From positions 1-36,395 of IMG/VR virus record IMGVR_UViG_3300033076_000590: a stretch of DNA of 36,395 bases. One strand, given 5' to 3'. Positions within the stretch are counted from its first letter, which is position 1, and each line of letters opens with the position of its first letter. A program made the position numbers and the translations under genes. This DNA is from a virus. Lineage: Duplodnaviria > Caudoviricetes. Below the pieces are notes generated by a model. The model was given only the letters and a program-made list of their open reading frames with translations. It was not told the origin of the DNA and ran no database searches. Positions 1-8,143 of this stretch are shown here, in pieces.

Positions 1-1521
1 GGCGTGTCGCCTGAGTCCGAGCTTGCGTTTGCTCTGAAGCACCACAACACACGCGCACTGGGTGAGCCAGAGATGGCCTACCGTGGCGCCGGCATGCGCA
101 CGCTCGATCGTGCGATCGAGAACGACAAGGCGCCAAACCTGGCCGCCAAGATTGGCGAGTACCGCGTGAAGAACGACCCACGCGTGCCCGTTGAAGGATC
201 GTTCGGCGTGAACGATTTCCGCGCAGCTCAAGGCTTTGGCTACACCGACGCACAGGGCAAGCCCTGGAAGGCCGGCGTGTCGCAGCAGATGCACCCGTTC
301 ATGGACGCAGAGACGGCCTTGATGGTCGACCGTGCAAACGCACGCAACGCCGGCGGACGCGCTGACTGGACCGGTCCACACCTGCAGGAAGTGCCTTGGA
401 TCTACGGCAAGGCGCAGGACCTGTACGAGCGTGGCCAGAAGGCCACCTACGCCGGCGGCACTGAGGGCATGGTCAAGGCCTTGCGCGACGCCAACAAGAC
501 CACCGCCGACTTCATGCCCAAGCACACGTTCAGCTCGACCTACGAGTATGTGCCTGGCGCGAACACCGGACACATTCCCGAGCTGCTCAACGAGTCGACG
601 GAAGGCCGCAAGGCCTACGGCGAGATTGGCCGCTGGGACGTGCCCAACAGCGACGCTGCCCTGTACGGCATGCCCGAGTCTGTTGGCGCCGGCAACCGCG
701 ACGCAATTCACTCTACGATGGGCCTGCGTCAGCTGCCCACCAAGCAGGGCACTGGCGTGTACACCAACACCGCCGGCCAGGTGGAGAACAACCCCGTCAC
801 CGTCACGCAGACGTTGGCCAACTTCCCCACCGGCGACAGCGCGACATTGCACCCCAACTTCAAAGCAGCGATGGAGGCCGGCGAGCGCTTCCGCGCAGCC
901 AACGACGTGCAAGAGGCAGGCGCCGGCCACATCATGTTCACCGGCGGCAATCGCAAGGGCAAGGACGCGATGTTGCTCGAGATGCCACGCCAGGCAAGCG
1001 AGCAAGAGATGGCCGCCATCCAGAACGCTTTGCGAGGCACGGACTACATGCCCAGCGCCAGCGCACGCGGCGTGGCGATCGCTGACTTTGGCGACGACGC
1101 TGCAGCAAAGGCCGCAGCACTGCGCAAGCTCACAGGCAAGAACAGCCCGCTCGCGGCCGCAATGCCAGAAGGCGCGACGTTGCAGAAGGCCGGCATCGAG
1201 TCGGTCTACACGCCCCTGCAGTACGGCGAGGGCAAGGCCACAGAGGCCGTGCTGCGTGGCTTTGCTGACTTGCCCGATGGCGTGTCCAACGCAGTGACAA
1301 AGAACATCAGCGAGTCCGAGGACATCCGCAACATCATCAAGCAAAAGATGGAGCGCGACGCTCAGTTCCAGAGCGCACGCAAAGACGTTGCAGAGATGCG
1401 CAAGTTTTTCAGCGAGGCTGACTGGTCAAAGGCAGTTGAGCTGATGAAGAAGGGCATGGCTCCGGCTGCCGCCGTTGCCGCGCTTGGTTATTCACTTCCC
1501 AGCATGGCAGAGGAGAGATAA
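1..1521 (+). CDS. 3' part of a 782-aa probable virion/ejected protein that begins at 35568; contains a DUF7178-like helical domain
   Basis: Open from base 1. Junction reads AVYSA|GVSPESE in frame. Motifs KIGEY, GVNDF and QEVPW are present. Confidence 0.8.
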   Translation, partial: GVSPESELAFALKHHNTRALGEPEMAYRGAGMRTLDRAIENDKAPNLAAKIGEYRVKNDPRVPVEGSFGVNDFRAAQGFGYTDAQGKPWKAGVSQQMHPFMDAETALMVDRANARNAGGRADWTGPHLQEVPWIYGKAQDLYERGQKATYAGGTEGMVKALRDANKTTADFMPKHTFSSTYEYVPGANTGHIPELLNESTEGRKAYGEIGRWDVPNSDAALYGMPESVGAGNRDAIHSTMGLRQLPTKQGTGVYTNTAGQVENNPVTVTQTLANFPTGDSATLHPNFKAAMEAGERFRAANDVQEAGAGHIMFTGGNRKGKDAMLLEMPRQASEQEMAAIQNALRGTDYMPSASARGVAIADFGDDAAAKAAALRKLTGKNSPLAAAMPEGATLQKAGIESVYTPLQYGEGKATEAVLRGFADLPDGVSNAVTKNISESEDIRNIIKQKMERDAQFQSARKDVAEMRKFFSEADWSKAVELMKKGMAPAAAVAALGYSLPSMAEER

Positions 1522-1851
1522 ATGGCACGACGCAGGTACGTCCAAAGCAAGGAGCCACCGTACGAGCTGATCGAAATTTCAGACGACTACCAGGCTCCCA
1601 TGCGCACCGACTCAGGTGCGCTTTGGGGCGATCGTTCGTACGACGGGATGAAGGCGCCCGACGGCACTGACATCAGCACGCGCAGCAAACACCGCGAATA
1701 CATGAAGGCGAACGGCTTGACGACGGCCGACGACTTCTCAGGAACATGGGCCAAGGCCCAGAAAGAGCGTGATCACTATCGCCAACATGGCGGTGCGTTC
1801 AGCAAGGCCGACATCGAGCGCGCCATTCATCAAGTCCAAAACAGAAGGTAA
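1522..1851 (+). CDS. Conserved phage hypothetical protein upstream of scaffold
   Basis: ATG abuts the upstream stop, with AGGAG RBS. Motif DGTDISTRSKHREYMK is typical of small genes at this position. Confidence 0.75.
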   Translation: MARRRYVQSKEPPYELIEISDDYQAPMRTDSGALWGDRSYDGMKAPDGTDISTRSKHREYMKANGLTTADDFSGTWAKAQKERDHYRQHGGAFSKADIERAIHQVQNRR

Positions 1852-1857
1852 AAAACC

Positions 1858-2997
1858 ATGAGCGAACCCACGACATCACTACGCGACGCAATCGAGTCCG
1901 CGATTGAGGAGCCAGAAAAAGACGAGGTGCAAGCGAGCACCGAAACGCACATCGAATCATCAGAGCCTGCCCAGGCTTCTGCAGAGCCTGCAGCCGCGTC
2001 AGACGACAGTCAAGACTTGACCGCTTTGGCCGAAGGCGACTCTGAAAACGAGGACGTTCATCAACAGCCAAGAGACGAGCAAGGAAAATTTGCAAAGCAG
2101 GAAGGCATGACGCCTGGGCCGAAGTCTGGTCCAAAGCAGCAAGGTGATCGTGCGCCTGCGTCATGGAAACCTGACGTGCGTGAGCACTGGGCGCAGCTGC
2201 CTGAACCTGTGCGCGCTGAGATCGCACGCCGAGAGGTGGAAGTGCAACGCACCCTGCAAGACACCGCAGAGGCGCGCAAAACCGCCGAGGCGGTGATGAA
2301 GACGATCTCCCCTTACGAGGCGTTCATCAAGGCCGAGAACTCCACTCCCTTGCAGGCCATCGACAACCTGATGAGCACGGCCGCGCGCCTGCGCACCGGC
2401 ACTGCCCCAGAGCTGGCCCAGATGATGGCCGGCCTGGTGAAGCAGTTCGGCGTTGGCCGCTTTGGCAACCAGTTCATCGAGGCGCTTGACAGCGCATTGG
2501 CTGGCCAACAGCCCGCGTACGCACCGCAAGGCATGCCAGGCGCATCCGACCAGACCGCGCTTGTGCAACAGGCCGTGCAGCAGCAGCTCGCGCCTGTGCA
2601 GCAGTTCATGTCCCAGTTCCAGCAGTTCCAGGCCAACCAGCAAGCGCAGCTGCAGCAGCAGACCGCCAGCGAGGTTGAGCAGTTCCTTGGCCAGGCAGAG
2701 TTTGGCCGCGACGTGGCAGACGAGATGGCCGACTTGCTCGAGGCCGCTCACCGCAAGGGTCAATCGATGTCACTGCAGCAGGCTTACGACAAGGCCTGCT
2801 ACCTCAACGACAGCGTGCGCAAGGTCATGCAGCAGCGCCAGGTGTCCCAGGCAGCCCAAGGCAAGACCCAGGCAGCCCAGCGCGCTCGAGCAGCTGCTGT
2901 GAGCGTTTCTGGGGCCGCTCCCGTAGGCGCCTTGAACCAGCCATCGACAGACGTGCGCTCTGCGATTGAGGCTGCTATTTCGATGTCCTCACGCTGA
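1858..2997 (+). CDS. Capsid scaffolding protein
   Basis: Acidic N-terminus, RDEQGKF and PASWK...W..LP motifs, Q/A-rich coiled coil, located directly before the major capsid gene. Confidence 0.8.
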   Translation: MSEPTTSLRDAIESAIEEPEKDEVQASTETHIESSEPAQASAEPAAASDDSQDLTALAEGDSENEDVHQQPRDEQGKFAKQEGMTPGPKSGPKQQGDRAPASWKPDVREHWAQLPEPVRAEIARREVEVQRTLQDTAEARKTAEAVMKTISPYEAFIKAENSTPLQAIDNLMSTAARLRTGTAPELAQMMAGLVKQFGVGRFGNQFIEALDSALAGQQPAYAPQGMPGASDQTALVQQAVQQQLAPVQQFMSQFQQFQANQQAQLQQQTASEVEQFLGQAEFGRDVADEMADLLEAAHRKGQSMSLQQAYDKACYLNDSVRKVMQQRQVSQAAQGKTQAAQRARAAAVSVSGAAPVGALNQPSTDVRSAIEAAISMSSR

Positions 2998-3006
2998 TGC
3001 CATAAT

Positions 3007-3176
3007 CACACCACGGGGCAAGTAATTGCCCTTGGTGTGCCCAAGCACCCCAGCCACCGCATGATCCTAGGAGACGCCAAGCGTCCCACCTACGACGAAG
3101 TCGGACTGTGAAAGGTTCGCGTAGGCGCATCTGAAAAAAAGGTGAGCGCAAGCTCGTTTTCAATCAGATGAAGGAG
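3007..3176 (+). promoter_or_regulatory. Structured leader of the major capsid gene (four hairpins followed by the SD)
   Basis: Stems at 3007-3039 (GTAA loop), 3070-3087, 3089-3125 and 3128-3170 (GCAA loop). AAGGAG at 3171-3176. Confidence 0.6.
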
Positions 3177-3181
3177 TCATC

Positions 3182-4147
3182 ATGTCTTTTCCAAACGTTA
3201 GCGACATAGTCGCAACCACCATCCAAAACCGTTCGCGCCAAATCGCGGACAACGTCACAAAAAACAACGCCATCTTGTCCCGCCTGAATCAGCGCGGCAA
3301 CGTCAAGACCATCTCCGGCGGTAACGTGATTTTCGAAGAATTGTCTTTTGCTGAGAACGCAAACGGCGGTTTCTACTCTGGCTACGACTTGCTGCCTGTG
3401 GCTGCTCAAGACGTGATCAGTGCTGCTGAATTCCAGATCAAGCAATACGCAGTTCCAGTCGTTATGAGCGGCTTGGAAATGCTGCAAAACAGCGGCAAAG
3501 AACAGTTCATTGACTTGCTCGAGGCACGTTTGAACGTGGCCGAAAGCACGATGATGAACCAGCTGTCTCAGTCCATCTACTCTGATGGCACTGGCTCTGG
3601 CGGTAAAGAAGTGACCGGCCTGGACTTGGCTGTTCCCTCTGACCCCACCACTGGCACATACGGCGGCATCAACCGCGCCACTTGGTCTTTCTGGCAATCA
3701 AAGATCTATGACTACGGCGGCTCTCCCGCAACCAAGGACACCATCCAAGGCGGCATGAACACCTTGTGGGCTAACTTGATTCGCGGCAACGATCGTCCTG
3801 ACTTGATCGTGCTCGACACGAACTACTGGTCGTTGTACATGGGCAGCTTGCAAGCTCAACAGCGCTTCACTTCTCCTGAAGTGGGCAACCTGGGCTTCCC
3901 AAGCATCAAGTTCATGGACGCTGACGTTGTTCTCGACGGTGGTATCGGTGGCTACTGCCCCGCCAACACTGGCTTCTTCTTGAACACCAAGTACCTCAAG
4001 TGGCGTCCACACGCACAGCGCAACATGGTTCCGCTGTCGCCTAACCGTCGCTACGCCATCAACCAAGACGCAGAAGTGCAAATCTTGGCTTGGGCCGGCA
4101 ACTTGACCTGCTCTGGTGCTCAGTTCCAGGGTCGCATCCAAAACTGA
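3182..4147 (+). CDS. Major capsid protein
   Basis: 321 aa, strong RBS, biased codon usage, N-terminus SDIVATTIQNRSRQIADNVTKNNA and C-terminus ILAWAGNLTCS typical of this capsid family, positioned after the scaffold. Confidence 0.9.
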   Translation: MSFPNVSDIVATTIQNRSRQIADNVTKNNAILSRLNQRGNVKTISGGNVIFEELSFAENANGGFYSGYDLLPVAAQDVISAAEFQIKQYAVPVVMSGLEMLQNSGKEQFIDLLEARLNVAESTMMNQLSQSIYSDGTGSGGKEVTGLDLAVPSDPTTGTYGGINRATWSFWQSKIYDYGGSPATKDTIQGGMNTLWANLIRGNDRPDLIVLDTNYWSLYMGSLQAQQRFTSPEVGNLGFPSIKFMDADVVLDGGIGGYCPANTGFFLNTKYLKWRPHAQRNMVPLSPNRRYAINQDAEVQILAWAGNLTCSGAQFQGRIQN

Positions 4148-4163
4148 TTTTGGTAGGCCTGTC

Positions 4164-4215
4164 GTGGGTCACCCTTTCCCGAGGGACTGGGGTGACCCGC
4201 TTCCTCGGGCTTTTT
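4164..4215 (+). terminator. Overlapping stems plus U-tract after the capsid gene (terminator/antiterminator or pseudoknot)
   Basis: 4164-4175 pairs with 4189-4200. 4178-4186 pairs with 4201-4209. TTTTT at 4211-4215. Confidence 0.55.
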
Positions 4216-4231
4216 GAACTAGGAGATTCAC

Positions 4232-4678
4232 ATGGCACAAGTTGCAACTCCAACCTTCACGCCTACTGGCGGCCAGGTTGGCACTTCTGCGTCGTTCGAG
4301 CTGGCAACAGCAACGTCGGGCGCGACCATCTACTACACCTACGGCGACACCGATCCAAGCACAACCGGCTGGACCGAGTACACCGCAGCAGTCGATCTGC
4401 CCACAGAGAGTGGCCAGACCGTCAACGTCCGCGCTTACGCAGTGAAAGCTGCCAGCGATGACTCAGAAGTTGCATCGACAACTTTCTACACGATCGGTTT
4501 CAGCGGCGCTGTTGGCGCAAGCGCTGTGGCCATCTTGGACACAAACTCGACGCAAGGCCTTGGCTCTGTGTCCGAAGGCATCGGTAAGAGCGGCTCTGAT
4601 GGCGCGTCCATCGGTGGTCAGCGTATCGGAGCGTCTGGCACAACGACCGACCTCAAGTACGAGACAGGCACGATTTAA
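4232..4678 (+). CDS. Probable capsid decoration protein with Fn3-associated/chitobiase-C Ig-like domain
   Basis: VATPTFTP..G...ATIYYT..G.DP....YT......VRAYAVK...SEV signature, AGGAG RBS, follows the capsid gene. Confidence 0.75.
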   Translation: MAQVATPTFTPTGGQVGTSASFELATATSGATIYYTYGDTDPSTTGWTEYTAAVDLPTESGQTVNVRAYAVKAASDDSEVASTTFYTIGFSGAVGASAVAILDTNSTQGLGSVSEGIGKSGSDGASIGGQRIGASGTTTDLKYETGTI

Positions 4679-4702
4679 GTCACTACATAACAGGAAATAA
4701 CC

Positions 4703-5314
4703 ATGCAACCCACGACTCCAACCATCTTTGATGATTCTCAGCCCCTCAATGCCAACGAGGAGCGCTTCTCTCACGACAGCAAATTGTTTGTCGAGTTTTA
4801 TCGCAAGCCAACGCTTCAACGCCAAGAAAGCATTGATGCCGGACGCGCCATCTACAAAGAGACGGATTACATCCGAATCATTGTGCCGGGCGACAAGACG
4901 GGAGAAGTGGATCGTCCTGTTAACTCCATTGACGAGCGTCGGTTTGCCGATCGCTACAAGAAGTGGAAGGCAGGCCAGGCAGAGGCAGTGATCGGTACGC
5001 CGTTGACTGCATTGCCAGGCATGACTCCCGCGAAGGTCAAGGAGTACGAATACTTCAAAGTCTCAACTGTCGAACAGCTCGCAAGCGCTGCCGACAACTT
5101 GGGCCAGAAGTTCATGTCGTTCCAACAGGACAAGGCACGCGCCAACGCGTTTCTTCAAGTCGCGGCCAACAACGCCCCGATCGAAAAGATGAACGCGGAA
5201 CTGCAAAAGCGTGATGCCGAGATCGAGAATTTGAAGACGATGGTGGAGGCGTTGCAAGCTAGTTCTAGCGGCAAACGCAAAGTTGCAGCAGCAGCGGCTG
5301 AGACAGCCGAGTAA
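4703..5314 (+). CDS. Conserved phage protein between capsid and tail genes (HhH-like segment, C-terminal coiled coil)
   Basis: 203 aa, AGGA RBS, GTPL..LPG....VSTVEQLA motif. Confidence 0.7.
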   Translation: MQPTTPTIFDDSQPLNANEERFSHDSKLFVEFYRKPTLQRQESIDAGRAIYKETDYIRIIVPGDKTGEVDRPVNSIDERRFADRYKKWKAGQAEAVIGTPLTALPGMTPAKVKEYEYFKVSTVEQLASAADNLGQKFMSFQQDKARANAFLQVAANNAPIEKMNAELQKRDAEIENLKTMVEALQASSSGKRKVAAAAAETAE

Positions 5315-5328
5315 CAGGAGAGCGCGGG

Positions 5329-6093
5329 ATGGCGACCTATCAAATCATCGACGACACGTCGCTGCAGGCCATCGTTCAAGCGGTGGCTGCGATGGTGAGC
5401 TATCCCGTGCCGACCGACCCAGCGGGTTCGCAAGACCCCGCAGTCATTCAGATGGTGGCCGCTGCCAACATGGCGGGCGCCGAGCTTCTGGCCATGTACG
5501 ACTGGCAGGAGCTGATCAAGTATTACGACATCGAGATCGAGGCAGATCCGCTGGTTCCCCAGCAGAAAGAGCGCTCGTTCTCTTTGCCCGTTGACTTCTA
5601 TGACTGGATCGACCAGACCAACTGGAACGCGACAACGCAGTTTCCATCGCTTGGCCCTGTGTCTCCACAGATGTGGCAACAGCTGCTGATTCGCACCACG
5701 TTGCCCACGCTGTCGTTCTATTGGCAGGTGCGCGACAACCGCATCTACGTCCTGGCTCCTCCAGACTCTCCACAGGTGATGAAGTTCTTCTACCTGTCGG
5801 CCGCCTGGGTGCAAGACGGGGATGACCCCGAGTTGTACAAGAACCGCCTGGTCAAGAACAACGACATCGCGCTGCTCGACGCAACCATGATGACGCTGTA
5901 CACCCGCGTCAAGTGGCTCGAGATGAAGGGCCTGGACTCGAGCGCTGCCATGCGTGACTTCCAGATCGCGTTTGAGAACCGCAAGTCGTCCGAGAAGGGC
6001 GCTGCCGTGTTGTCAATGGCGCGTGACTTCCGTATCCCATACATCCAGCCGCTCACCAACACGCCTGACACAGGCTACGGGGGAGCTGCCTAA
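5329..6093 (+). CDS. Head-tail adaptor / tail tubular protein A-like
   Basis: Size, position and LPVDF..WIDQT.W and I...P.P motifs. AGGAG RBS. Confidence 0.7.
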   Translation: MATYQIIDDTSLQAIVQAVAAMVSYPVPTDPAGSQDPAVIQMVAAANMAGAELLAMYDWQELIKYYDIEIEADPLVPQQKERSFSLPVDFYDWIDQTNWNATTQFPSLGPVSPQMWQQLLIRTTLPTLSFYWQVRDNRIYVLAPPDSPQVMKFFYLSAAWVQDGDDPELYKNRLVKNNDIALLDATMMTLYTRVKWLEMKGLDSSAAMRDFQIAFENRKSSEKGAAVLSMARDFRIPYIQPLTNTPDTGYGGAA

Positions 6094-7691
6094 TGCCACT
6101 CGTACCGCTCAAACCTTTTGCAACGCCAAGGAGAGCGGCTGCGGGGCAGGTATCTCAGCTGTTCAACAACCCACCTCCAACGGGCGGGCTGAACCTGCGA
6201 GATCCCATCAGCGAGATGGCTCCCACAGACGCGATCGCTCTCGACAACTTCATTGCACGCCAACAAGGCGTGGAGTTGCGCAAGGGGTGGTCTGTGTCCA
6301 TCGAGCCAGAACTCGGGGCGTCTGCGTACGTCTCGACCTTTGCTTACAACACCGACGACCCAGCCGAGCGCAAGCTGTTTGGCGCTGTTGGCGGTGACAT
6401 CTACGAGCTGAACGTCGACACCGGCGAGGCCACCGTGTCTCAGGCCGCGACCGGCAGCGATGCCGATCAGTGGTGGACCATTCAGTTCTCCAACGACACA
6501 GGGACCAGCTACTTGTTGGCCGTGTCACCCGGCGCCGGCTACTGGACATACGACCCAGGCAGCGGCTGGGTAGACCGCACCGCAACCACCACCGGACTGC
6601 CCACGACCGTGCGCACCGTGTCTGTGTGGAAAAAGCGTGTGTGGTTCACCTGCGAGAACAGCTCGATCGTGTACTACCTGCATGACGTGAACGCCATCAC
6701 CGGGGTGGCTGATCCGTTCCCGATGGGGTCCGTGCTGCGTAACGGCGGCAGCGTCTCTGCATTGATCAACTGGACGATCGACGCCGGCTTCTCTGTTGAC
6801 GACTACCTGGTGGTGATCGGCACTGAGGGCGATGTTGGCGTGTGGGAGGGCACAGACCCCACCGACGCAGCATCGTTTGGCATCAAGGGCGTCTGGTACA
6901 TCGGCCCCGTGCCACGTTACGGCGTGTACTTCACACCGTTCGGCGGTGACGTGATGATCTTGAGCCAACAAGGCCTGGTTCCCATGTCCAAGCTGGTGGC
7001 CGGCCAATGGAACGAGGCAGCCGCACTCACGGCGCCCGCGTCCAAGATTCAACCCGCCCTCACGCCCGCGTTGACGGCGCTGCGCGACGTTCCATCGTGG
7101 GGCGTGTTCATGGTTCCCAAGGAAAGCATCCTTGTGATTCAAATGCCCGTGAACGAATACGGCACTTACCGCCAGTATGTGATGAACGTCATCACCGGCG
7201 CGTGGTCCACGTTCTCCAACATGCCGATGGTGTCCTCTGCGATCCTCAACGGCAACCTGTACTTCGCCACCAACGACGGTGGTGTTGCTCATGGCCTGTA
7301 CGGCAACTTTGACAGCGACACCGACACCATCGAAGGCGATGTGCAGAGCGCGTTCAACAACTACGGCACGCCATCGACGCTCAAGACGTTCCACATGGCC
7401 CGCCCGATCTTCATCGCGACAGACGCGCCAAGCGTGCTGGTGCAGCTCAACACTCAATACTCGATTCAGAACGTGCCCGGCTCGCCATCGTTCACTGGCG
7501 GCGACACCGCAAAGTGGGACGAGTCGTTCTGGAACACGGCCGTGTGGGCTGGCGCATTCAACACCTACCAGGCGTGGGTTGGCGTCAATGGACTCGGTTA
7601 CTACGGCTCGCTGCGCATGAAGGTGCGCGGCTACCCTGGCACGCTGCTCACTTCCACGCACGTTATGTCGCAGCCCGGAGGGTTCATGTAA
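6093..7691 (+). CDS. Tail nozzle / packaged-DNA stabilisation protein (P22 gp10 / T7 gp12-like)
   Basis: 532 aa, beta-rich, N-terminal P.GGLN.RD....M...DA..LDNF....G...RKG motif, TAATG coupling to the upstream gene. Confidence 0.75.
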   Translation: MPLVPLKPFATPRRAAAGQVSQLFNNPPPTGGLNLRDPISEMAPTDAIALDNFIARQQGVELRKGWSVSIEPELGASAYVSTFAYNTDDPAERKLFGAVGGDIYELNVDTGEATVSQAATGSDADQWWTIQFSNDTGTSYLLAVSPGAGYWTYDPGSGWVDRTATTTGLPTTVRTVSVWKKRVWFTCENSSIVYYLHDVNAITGVADPFPMGSVLRNGGSVSALINWTIDAGFSVDDYLVVIGTEGDVGVWEGTDPTDAASFGIKGVWYIGPVPRYGVYFTPFGGDVMILSQQGLVPMSKLVAGQWNEAAALTAPASKIQPALTPALTALRDVPSWGVFMVPKESILVIQMPVNEYGTYRQYVMNVITGAWSTFSNMPMVSSAILNGNLYFATNDGGVAHGLYGNFDSDTDTIEGDVQSAFNNYGTPSTLKTFHMARPIFIATDAPSVLVQLNTQYSIQNVPGSPSFTGGDTAKWDESFWNTAVWAGAFNTYQAWVGVNGLGYYGSLRMKVRGYPGTLLTSTHVMSQPGGFM

Positions 7692-8143
7692 TGCTGGTTG
7701 TTGCACGCACCCCCGCAGAAAAAGATCTGGCCGCTCATATTCTTTTGAAGGAGATCGGCGTCCAACCTTGCGGAGATCTGCGTGCAATGTTTTGGGTGGA
7801 TCAGGAAGCTGGGAAAATCGACTGGATCGTTGGCTACACCGGCTTCATTGGCAAGGTGTGCCAGATGCACATGGTCAACTTCAAGGCTGGGTTTACGCCT
7901 CGAGGTTTGATCCATGCGGCGTTTGATTACCCGTTCAACCAGCTGGGCTTGCATAGCGTGCTCGGCGTGGTGAACAGCAAGAATGAGCAGGCCATGCGCT
8001 ACGACACCAAGCTGGGTTTCAAAGAGGTGTTGCGCATGCCTGGTTCGCATGACGACGGCGGTGATTTGGTGCTGCTGAAAATGGACAGGGCGCAGTGCCG
8101 ATGGATCAAGGAGAAGCAAGATGAAGAAAGAATGGTCGCGTAG
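7691..8143 (+). CDS. GNAT-family acetyltransferase in the tail/ejection module
   Basis: ATG at 7691 overlaps the upstream TAA. AFDYPFNQLG...N..A.....KLGF motif of GNAT fold. Confidence 0.8.
   Translation: MLVVARTPAEKDLAAHILLKEIGVQPCGDLRAMFWVDQEAGKIDWIVGYTGFIGKVCQMHMVNFKAGFTPRGLIHAAFDYPFNQLGLHSVLGVVNSKNEQAMRYDTKLGFKEVLRMPGSHDDGGDLVLLKMDRAQCRWIKEKQDEERMVA

Noticed and set aside
4199-4215. HDV-like/theta ribozyme suggested by GCTTCCTCGGGC
   Set aside because: No convincing P1, P2 or J4/2 elements could be built around it.
4139-4234. Stop readthrough or ribosomal hop fusing capsid to the Ig-like protein
   Set aside because: Same frame, but stops at 4145, 4154, 4193 and 4220 intervene. The matching AAC at 4217 is followed by TAG, and the downstream gene has its own RBS.
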